Origin: Hormoscilla sp.
GTDB taxonomy: Bacteria > Cyanobacteriota > Cyanobacteriia > Cyanobacteriales > Desertifilaceae
Length of the DNA: 16,053 bases
Direction: 5' to 3'
Assembly (NCBI GenBank): GCA_051439505.1
Contig: JBFRWI010000075.1
Location: forward strand, 1-16,053
A program made the translations under genes and the position numbers. This document shows, one piece after another, positions 8,506 through 15,482 of the stretch (position 1 is its first letter; each line of letters begins with the position of its first letter). Under the pieces are notes generated by a model. It was not told the DNA's origin, searched no databases, and saw only the letters and a list, made by a program, of their open reading frames with translations.

Positions 8506-10740
8506 ATGAAATTACCTTTTGGTCGTCCTCCACAGTCTAGCGTCGAACCCCCTGAAGCTGCCAGTTCCGGTTTAGGAACCTTCGGTGGGGTCTATACACC
8601 ATCGATCCTCACCATCCTGGGCGTGATCATGTACTTGCGCTTTGGCTGGGTGGTCGGTAATGTGGGTTTGATCGGCACTCTCATCATCGTTACCCTCTCG
8701 ACATCGATTACCTTTTTGACCTCCCTGTCGATCTGCGCGATCGCCACCGACCGGGTAGTGCGGGGAGGGGGTGCCTATTATATGATTAGCCGTTCCTTGG
8801 GCATTGAAACGGGGGGTGCGGTGGGCATTCCCCTCTATTTTGCCCAAGCCCTTTCGGTAGCCCTCTATACCATCGGTTTTGCCGAGAGTGTGGTGCAAAC
8901 CTTCGGTGGATTGAATCAACTGTATGTAGCGCTGATTACTACTATTGCTGTAGCAGTGCTGGCTCTGACTTCGGCTAGCATCGCCATCAAGGCCCAGTAT
9001 TTTATTATGGGGGCGATCGCCCTATCCCTGCTGTCTTTGCTATTCGGACAGCCGATCGAAAATAGCAATATCGAAATGTGGGGCGCACCAGCAAGCGCTT
9101 CGGAACCATTTTGGACGGTTTTTGCCATCTTCTTCCCCGCCGTGACGGGCATCATGTCGGGGGTGAATATGTCGGGAGACCTGAAAGATCCGACTCGTTC
9201 CATTCCCATTGGCACCCTCGCCGCTGTAGCTACGGGATATTTAATATACATGGGACTGCCCATTTTGCTAGCAATGCGGGCAGATGCAAGCACCCTAATT
9301 GCGGAACCCCTGATCATGAAGCAGATGGCGTTTTGGGGAGATGCGATCTTGTTAGGGGTGTGGGGGGCGACAATCTCTAGCGCCCTGGGCAGTATCCTGG
9401 GTGCCCCGAGGGTGTTGCAGGCATTGGCCAGAGATGGGGTCTTGCCCCGCTTTTTGGGTTTTCTGGGTACGGGTAGCGGACGAGATGACGAACCCCGTGT
9501 CGGTACTGCCGTTACCTTGGGGATAGCGATCGCGGTTGTCTGCCTCGGGGACTTAAATTTGATCGCCCCGGTGCTGACGATGTTCTTTCTGACTACCTAT
9601 ATGGTACTGAATGTCTCGGCGGGCATCGAAGGTTTCCTGCAAAGTCCCTCCTTCCGTCCCACCTTTCGGGTCCATTGGGGACTGTCACTGCTAGGGGCCA
9701 CCGGATGCATTGCTGTCATGTTTTTAATCAATGCGGTTGCTACAGTAGTAGCCGCATTGATTGTTTTGGGGATCTACCTTTGGCTACAACGGCGGGAGTT
9801 GCAAACGACTTGGGGGGATGCCCGACGGGGAATATGGATGGCCCTGTTGCGGGAAGGTATTTTTCAGATCTCTCATGCGGAAGACACGAAGAACTGGCGA
9901 CCGCATATTCTGGTGCTTTCTGGCATCCCGCGAAAACGCTGGTCTTTAATTGAATTAGCAGATGCCCTGACCCACAACCGAGGTTTGATTACGGTTTCTA
10001 GCGTATTGCCCAGCGGTAAACGGGACGTTGGTCAGCAGGCGGAGAGTGAAGAAAAAATCCGTGATTATCTCGAAAAGCGCGGAGTGCAAGCCTTGGTGCG
10101 GTTGGTAACTGCGCCGGATCCCTTTGAGGGGGCTTTGCGACTGGTGGAAACCTATGGGTTGGGCCCCCTGGTCCCGAACACGATTTTGCTGGGTGATAGC
10201 GAGGCACCCGAAAGGCGCGATGGATATTGTCAGTTAATTGCCCAGATCCATCGGGCGAAGCGGAATCTGGTGATTTTCCGGGAAAATCCCGATCGGGGAT
10301 TTGGTCGTCGCCGCCGGATTGATGTTTGGTGGGGAGGTTTGCAGGCCAATGGTGGTTTAATGTTACTGCTAGCCTATCTGCTGCGGACTGATATCGACTG
10401 GCATGATGCGGAGATTTATCTTAAGCTTGTGGTTCCCGATCGGACTGCGGCCCAAGCAGCAGAGATAAATGTAAATAATCTGATGAAACAGCTACGCATT
10501 GGGGCTGTTTCACAAGTCCTAGTGGCAGACGATCGTCCTTTTAATGCGATCCTGCACGAGTCGTCAGGGAATGCTGACTTGGTATTTCTAGGGATGGCGA
10601 AGCCGAGGGATAATTACACCCAATATTATGAGGGCTTGCAAGCCCGTACTGCTGGTCTACCGACGACGGTGTTGGTGCTGGCGGCCCCGGGTTTTGCCTT
10701 TGAGGAGGTTCTCACAGAGAGTACCCCGAGTCAAAAGTAA
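8506..10740 (+). CDS. Cation-chloride cotransporter (CCC/SLC12-like, APC superfamily)
   Basis: GTFGGVYTPSILTILGVIMYLRFGWVVG, GGAYYMISRSLG, FAIFFPAVTGIMSG, SPSFRPTF, KNWRPHILV and IDVWW are hallmark NKCC/KCC motifs. Confidence 0.93.
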   Translation: MKLPFGRPPQSSVEPPEAASSGLGTFGGVYTPSILTILGVIMYLRFGWVVGNVGLIGTLIIVTLSTSITFLTSLSICAIATDRVVRGGGAYYMISRSLGIETGGAVGIPLYFAQALSVALYTIGFAESVVQTFGGLNQLYVALITTIAVAVLALTSASIAIKAQYFIMGAIALSLLSLLFGQPIENSNIEMWGAPASASEPFWTVFAIFFPAVTGIMSGVNMSGDLKDPTRSIPIGTLAAVATGYLIYMGLPILLAMRADASTLIAEPLIMKQMAFWGDAILLGVWGATISSALGSILGAPRVLQALARDGVLPRFLGFLGTGSGRDDEPRVGTAVTLGIAIAVVCLGDLNLIAPVLTMFFLTTYMVLNVSAGIEGFLQSPSFRPTFRVHWGLSLLGATGCIAVMFLINAVATVVAALIVLGIYLWLQRRELQTTWGDARRGIWMALLREGIFQISHAEDTKNWRPHILVLSGIPRKRWSLIELADALTHNRGLITVSSVLPSGKRDVGQQAESEEKIRDYLEKRGVQALVRLVTAPDPFEGALRLVETYGLGPLVPNTILLGDSEAPERRDGYCQLIAQIHRAKRNLVIFRENPDRGFGRRRRIDVWWGGLQANGGLMLLLAYLLRTDIDWHDAEIYLKLVVPDRTAAQAAEINVNNLMKQLRIGAVSQVLVADDRPFNAILHESSGNADLVFLGMAKPRDNYTQYYEGLQARTAGLPTTVLVLAAPGFAFEEVLTESTPSQK

Positions 10741-10758
10741 GCACGAAGCTAACCCGCC

Positions 10759-10995
10759 GTGGGTTAAAACCCTAAGGCTTTCAGCCTCTTGTGGGTTAAA
10801 ACCCACTCTCTTGCATTGTCGAGAAAGGATGAGCGCCCATTTTTTACCCTCGTTCCCAGGCTCCCGCCTGGGAACGAGCGGCGCGAGGCGGAGCCTCTAG
10901 TTGCAAATGGTGCAAGATCGAAAGTGGTAACCCACTCTCCAGCCTTGTCGCTAAAAGGATGCTCGCCCATTTTTGTGGACTTTGGCTCAAAGTCC
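10759..10995. repeat. Cluster of REP-like palindromes and an imperfect ~52-bp direct repeat
   Basis: GTGGGTTAAAACCC at 10759 and 10791; 13-bp perfect stem CTCGTTCCCAGGC/GCCTGGGAACGAG (10849-10878); GAGGC-GGA-GCCTC (10885-10897); GGACTTTG-GCT-CAAAGTCC (10977-10995); 10791-10845 resembles 10924-10974. Confidence 0.8.
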
Positions 10996-11046
10996 CTGTT
11001 TTAACCAGATGCGGCTTGTTGCGACAGGTGCAAGATATAAGAGAGA

Positions 11047-11548
11047 GCGTTTGTCTGGGTTCGACGAGCGTTCATTGGAACTTAACTTGCATTTGTCTGA
11101 GTTAGACCTACGTCGAATGAGGCCAAGCTTACGTCTATTTTGGTTATAACAACGTCGAATGAGGCCAAGCTTACGTCTATTTTGGTTATAACAACGTCGA
11201 ACGAGGCCAAACTTACGTCGAACGAGGCCCAACTTACGTCTATTTTAGTTATCCCTACGTCGAACGAGGCCCAACTTACGTCTATTTTGGTTATAACAAC
11301 GTCTATTTTAGTTATCCCTACGTCGAATTAGGCCAAACTTACGTCTATTTTAATTATCCCTACGTCGAACGAGGCCAAACTAACGTCTATTTTGGTTAGA
11401 CTAACGTCTATTTTGGTTAGACTAACGTCGAACTAGGCCAAACTAACGTTGAGTTTGGTTAGACGAACGTTGATTTGGGCAAAAACCGTTGAGTTTGGTT
11501 AGACAAACGTTGATTTGGGCAAAAAAAACGTTAAAATCGGCAATATAA
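11047..11548. repeat. 21-bp tandem repeat array (~24 units, mainly two interspersed unit types)
   Basis: Type A ACGTCGAAyGAGGCCAArCTT and type B ACGTCTATTTTrGTTAT(AACA/CCCT) in strict 21-bp phase from 11110 to 11466, with degenerate units on both flanks and one 19-bp unit at 11467-11485. Confidence 0.95.
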
Positions 11549-11599
11549 ACGTTTGTAGGAGCTGCACTGCATGGTACATTATTAAACCGTAAGTCCCTT

Positions 11600-11721
11600 A
11601 CCTCGCGCAAGGACTAAAGTCCTTACTACGAACTATGGCCTCCTCAAAAATAAGGGTGTGTAGTAAGACCTCGCGCAAGGACTAAAGTCCTTACTACGAA
11701 CTATGGTTTTACGAACTATGG
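11600..11721. repeat. Two identical 39-bp direct repeats with internal hairpin, plus a partial third copy (cyanobacterial REP-like element)
   Basis: ACCTCGCGCAAGGACTAAAGTCCTTACTACGAACTATGG at 11600-11638 and 11668-11706; hairpin AAGGACT-AA-AGTCCTT; partial TACGAACTATGG at 11710-11721. Confidence 0.9.
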
Positions 11722-11730
11722 TGAATGGTG

Positions 11731-12426
11731 CTAGATGCTACCATAAACGGGGATGAGGGCACCTCGGACATCTGCTGCTGCTTCCGAGGCGAGAAAGCAG
11801 ATAACTTCCGCTAATGATTCGGGTTTTACCCAGTTTCCAGCATTTTCCGCACCCATAGCTTCCCGGTTACTGGGAGTATCAAATATACTGGGAAGTACGA
11901 CATTAGCAGTGATGTTGGTGCCCTTGGTTTCGTCGGCGATCGCCTGGGTGAGGGCGATGACTGCTGCCTTTGAGGCCCCATAGGATGCCATCTGTGCTGT
12001 GGGTTCCACGGCCCCCCGGGATCCGATGGTGACAATGCGACCATAGCCATGTGCTATCATTTTCCGCAAGCTGTGTTTGCAGGTCAAGAATGTACTATGC
12101 AAGTTTAAGTCAAAGTCTTGTTTCCAATCTTGATAGCTGTATTCGTGGGTTTTGCCCATGGAAAAGCCCCCCACCAGATGCAGTAAAACATCTACTCGTC
12201 CCATATCGTTCGCCAGTTGTTCTACCGCTGGTTCCTGGGTGAGGTCGATCTCTACAAACCGGATCTTCGCGAACTCGGCGGCTGGTAGAATGCTTTTGAG
12301 GCGATCGACATGTGTTTGAGTGCGATAGGGAATGGTTACTTGGGCACCTCGGGCGAGGGCGAGGGGGACCACGCCGATGCCTAAACCGCCCGTACCGCCT
12401 GGGATTAAAACTTGTTTGTCTTTCAT
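11731..12426 (-). CDS. Short-chain dehydrogenase/reductase (FabG-like classical SDR)
   Basis: GGTGGLG Rossmann motif, catalytic S...YGASK, 'ITANVVLPSIFDTPSNR'. Confidence 0.92.
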   Translation of the reverse strand: MKDKQVLIPGGTGGLGIGVVPLALARGAQVTIPYRTQTHVDRLKSILPAAEFAKIRFVEIDLTQEPAVEQLANDMGRVDVLLHLVGGFSMGKTHEYSYQDWKQDFDLNLHSTFLTCKHSLRKMIAHGYGRIVTIGSRGAVEPTAQMASYGASKAAVIALTQAIADETKGTNITANVVLPSIFDTPSNREAMGAENAGNWVKPESLAEVICFLASEAAADVRGALIPVYGSI

Positions 12427-12483
12427 AGTCTTATCTGTGTTAGTCCTGAAGATATACTGACATAAAGGGTTAATTTAATCAAG

Positions 12484-12846
12484 ATGCCAATTACTCAATG
12501 TCTGCATGCAGCTATTCTGGTTTCTGACCTGGAACGGGCAGAACAGTTTTATGGTAAGGTGCTGGGATTGCCTAAGGTGGATCGTCAGCTCAAATTCACG
12601 GGGGCCTGGTATCAAGTTGGCAATTTTCAGATCCACCTCATTGAAAACCGAGATGTGGCGATCGCGCTGTGGAACGCAGAAAAATGGGGAAGGAACCAGC
12701 ACCTGGCCTTTTCTGTTGCTTCTTTGGATGAGACGAAACAGCGGCTGCTAGCTAACGGTTGTCCGATCCAGATGAGTGCATCGGGTCGGGCGGCCCTGTT
12801 TACCCAAGACCCCGATGGCAATATCATTGAACTAAGTGAGGTATGA
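12484..12846 (+). CDS. VOC/glyoxalase-bleomycin resistance family protein
   Basis: LHAAILVSDLERAEQFYGKVLGL, QIHLI, HLAFSV and DPDGNIIEL metal-binding VOC motifs. Confidence 0.93.
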   Translation: MPITQCLHAAILVSDLERAEQFYGKVLGLPKVDRQLKFTGAWYQVGNFQIHLIENRDVAIALWNAEKWGRNQHLAFSVASLDETKQRLLANGCPIQMSASGRAALFTQDPDGNIIELSEV

Positions 12847-13469
12847 CAACAATTCAAGCCAGGAAAGTAACTCTAGCCTACCTCAGAGAAAAATTCAATC
12901 TGCAACGAACGGCGGATGAAAGTTTTTTTACGGAATGGTTAACGGACTTGCCAGAATTATCCGATGGGGAAAAGCAAGCATTAGACCGAGTAAAAAGCAA
13001 TTATCTTTACTTGGCAGAACTCCGTCCGATGATGATGAAATACATTGTCAAGATGGTTGTTGTAGCCAGGTTACTAGAATTTGCAGGTTTTTACGGACCC
13101 CCTTTTGAAATTGATAGCAAACCATCGATAGAAATCTTTGTTGAGGACTCCGATGATGTGATTCAGGGAAATATCGATGTCTTGGTGTTGCACAAGCATT
13201 TATCTGTTTTCGTCATCCGAGAACGGAATGTGTTATCCTTGGAAGCAGGAAAACCACAGATTTTAGCTGAGATGCTGGATAATCCTCATCCTGAAAAACC
13301 TTCCTTTGGATTAATTACCAATGGCACTGACTTTATTTTTCTGAAGTTGACCAAACAGTCAGGAACAAAGTACGCTGTTTCTAATAATTTCTCGCTGACT
13401 AATCGCGGCAATGACTTGTACAGTGTTCTCAGTATCCTCAAGCGTCTCGGTCAGTTGGCTTTGGGATGA
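12843..13469 (+). CDS. Cyanobacterial stand-alone type I restriction enzyme R-subunit N-terminal-like (PD-(D/E)xK fold) protein, catalytic motif apparently degenerate
   Basis: Family-like segments FFTEWLTDLPELS, VKMVV..LL..AGFY, G.IDVLVL, FGLITNG.DFIFLKL and LYSVLSILKRL. The start overlaps the VOC stop (ATGA, 12843-12846). Confidence 0.75.
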   Translation: MTTIQARKVTLAYLREKFNLQRTADESFFTEWLTDLPELSDGEKQALDRVKSNYLYLAELRPMMMKYIVKMVVVARLLEFAGFYGPPFEIDSKPSIEIFVEDSDDVIQGNIDVLVLHKHLSVFVIRERNVLSLEAGKPQILAEMLDNPHPEKPSFGLITNGTDFIFLKLTKQSGTKYAVSNNFSLTNRGNDLYSVLSILKRLGQLALG

Positions 13470-13591
13470 TCTGGTAAAGAGAGGAGATGGAAGAGGGGCG
13501 ATCGCCTGGTGATGGGGCGATCGCTTCTCCGTACTTGTAGCAGTTTCCGAGTCAAATATCGATTTCTTGGCCGCCAGTGAGAGAAAAACAT

Positions 13592-14056
13592 TCATCCCCG
13601 ATCGCCGAATTTTTTTATTGACCTGAATAGCCACAGCAATATCTGCCACGTCGAAACCAATATATAACACAGATATATTGGTAATAAAACAATCCCAAAC
13701 GAGAGGGCTAAAGCCAATGAAGAATAATTTGTGTCCTCACAGAAACCACAGGATTTTTTATACAAAAAATATGGCAATACAAAGAGGATTATTACCGTGG
13801 TTATTGCCGATAATAATATATTGAGCATCCAGAATTTTTGGGGTAGCAATTTGGAGTAAATTTTTATCCAAATTGTCGTCGTCCAGAGTAGCGCACCTAA
13901 GCCTGATAAACTCCAGACAATTTGATCGAAATATTCAGAGGATACATTGGACTTCGATAATAAATCCAATGTGATAGCCAATACTGGTAGAGTCCCTAGG
14001 ACTGCTAGGAACCGGAACCATAAGATATGCCAACGGCTCAAGGAGACTGGATCCAT
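13592..14056 (-). CDS. 4-TM membrane protein; stand-alone paralogue of the C-terminal membrane module of the upstream kinase
   Basis: Best start is ATG at 14056 with RBS GGAGGTAAAC-ATG (154 aa, MDPVSLSRW...). It has four hydrophobic segments and aligns end to end with the last ~155 aa of 14130..15452. Confidence 0.85.
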   Translation of the reverse strand: MDPVSLSRWHILWFRFLAVLGTLPVLAITLDLLSKSNVSSEYFDQIVWSLSGLGALLWTTTIWIKIYSKLLPQKFWMLNILLSAITTVIILFVLPYFLYKKSCGFCEDTNYSSLALALSFGIVLLPIYLCYILVSTWQILLWLFRSIKKFGDRG

Positions 14057-14129
14057 GTTTACCTCCAACTCTTTTTCGGTTAATTTACGTTCACTTTGCA
14101 ATTTATTTGCCGCCAGTGAGATCGAACAT

Positions 14130-15452
14130 TTATCTACGAGCCCCGATAATTTTTTTTATTGACCTGGATAGCCACACCAATATCTGCCACGTCGAAACCA
14201 ATATATAACACAGATATATTGGTCCTAAAACAATCCCAAACGTGAGGAAGGCAAGTATTATATACCCCTGATGTTCTGTAATATATGAGTTTCCGACTAT
14301 CCAAAAAAAATATGGCACTACTATGATTATTACCGTGGTTATTACGGATAATAATATTTTGAGCATCCAGAATTTTTGGGATAGCAATTTGGAGTAAATT
14401 TTGTTCCAAATTGTCGTCGTCCAAAGTAGCGCACCTAAGCCTGATAAACTCCAGGCAATTTGATAAAATCCATGATTGATAGAGAATCCAGTGGACTCCA
14501 ATAATAAATACAATGTGATGGCCACCAATACTGGTATAATCCCTAGGAGTGCCAGGAACCGGAACCATAAGGTACGCCAACGGATCGGCGAGACTGGATG
14601 AATGCCTACTACCAACTTTCTTGGGATTAATTGACCTTCACTGTGCAATACTGCTAATGCTTCTTTTGCCGAAGCGAAACGGTCTTCAATAACTGGTTCA
14701 ACCATTTTCGCCAACCAGTCAGCAAAAGCCCGATCGACTCGGTCAACTCGCAGGTGACGACGAAATTTAATCTTCATCTGGTATACGGGCAAATCAGCAG
14801 GGGATTCTCCCGTTAACAAAAACAGCAATGTCGTTCCCAAACCATACAAATCAGTCGAGAGTACCGCTTGTCCTCGGAATTGTTCGGGTGCCATATAGCC
14901 AAAGGTGCCCACTACTGTTGAACCACCAGTAACCGTATTGTGATAGGTATCCCGTACAGCACCAAAATCTACCAGGAAAAGTTTCCCATCATCCCTGCGA
15001 ATAATGTTTTGCGGTTTGATATCGCGGTGAATGACACTCGGGGTAAGTTCTTGTAAATAAACCAATATTTCTAAAAGTTGAGTGGCGATCGGCTTCACCT
15101 CGCTTATCTCAGGTTTCCAACCGTTTTCTACCAAGGACGCTAGGGAATTCCCAGTTGCCAATTCTTGGACAATGTAGAAACAACGGTCTGAGGGACTGTC
15201 TTGCTGAAAGTAGTCGATGTAGCGAGGGATGGCGGGATTATGTAATTGAGAGAGTATTTTCGCTTCTCGTTCAAACAATTCCAGGGCTTTCCAGTCCTTG
15301 AGGCGATGCAGGTAAAGAACTTTGATAGCAACAAAATCATTGCTTTGTAAGTCTAAAGCTTTGTAGGTAATGCCCATACCACCCTGTCCCAAGCTGTTGA
15401 CGATGCGATATTGTCGGGCCAAGACTTCTCCTGTTTGATGTAGTAGTGTCAT
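14130..15452 (-). CDS. Hanks-type Ser/Thr protein kinase with C-terminal 4-TM module
   Basis: Intact LGQGGMGITY, VAIK, HRDIKPQN, DFG, GTFGYMAPE and DLYGLG motifs, followed by four hydrophobic helices. RBS GAGGTAAAC-ATG. Confidence 0.95.
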   Translation of the reverse strand: MTLLHQTGEVLARQYRIVNSLGQGGMGITYKALDLQSNDFVAIKVLYLHRLKDWKALELFEREAKILSQLHNPAIPRYIDYFQQDSPSDRCFYIVQELATGNSLASLVENGWKPEISEVKPIATQLLEILVYLQELTPSVIHRDIKPQNIIRRDDGKLFLVDFGAVRDTYHNTVTGGSTVVGTFGYMAPEQFRGQAVLSTDLYGLGTTLLFLLTGESPADLPVYQMKIKFRRHLRVDRVDRAFADWLAKMVEPVIEDRFASAKEALAVLHSEGQLIPRKLVVGIHPVSPIRWRTLWFRFLALLGIIPVLVAITLYLLLESTGFSINHGFYQIAWSLSGLGALLWTTTIWNKIYSKLLSQKFWMLKILLSVITTVIIIVVPYFFWIVGNSYITEHQGYIILAFLTFGIVLGPIYLCYILVSTWQILVWLSRSIKKIIGARR

Positions 15453-15482
15453 GTTTACCTCTGTTTAGTTATTCTTCTGGGG

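Larger units (their letters stand above)
87..13523. repeat. Dispersed HIP1 octamers (GCGATCGC)
   Basis: More than 15 copies seen by eye, e.g. 87, 107, 141, 276 and a pair near 13498/13516. This is far above chance and a signature of cyanobacterial DNA. Confidence 0.95.

Noticed and set aside
10628..11004. Short ORFs 10628..10900, 10764..10970 and 10789..11004
   Set aside because: They translate palindromic repeat DNA and show no protein-like features.
10987..11331. ORFs 10987..11232 (-) and 11140..11331 (+) as genes
   Set aside because: Chance read-throughs of the 21-bp array with TTG starts inside repeat units and no RBS.
11047..11548. CRISPR or TIGR-type guide array
   Set aside because: Units are contiguous and reused with no unique spacers, and no cas or Nop-domain gene is nearby.
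11600..11706. Mini CRISPR array
   Set aside because: Only two repeats, the spacer partly mirrors the repeat, the sequence resembles a dispersed cyanobacterial palindrome, and there are no cas genes.
13592..14600. Diversity-generating retroelement template/variable repeat pair
   Set aside because: Differences involve all bases rather than only adenines, include indels and block replacement, both copies are intact ORFs, and no reverse transcriptase is in the window.
348..15340. Remaining short ORFs overlapping larger genes (e.g. 348..566, 1483..1713, 4530..4781, 8916..9317, 14134..14580)
   Set aside because: Antisense or alternate-frame shadows of well-supported CDSs, with no independent motifs.
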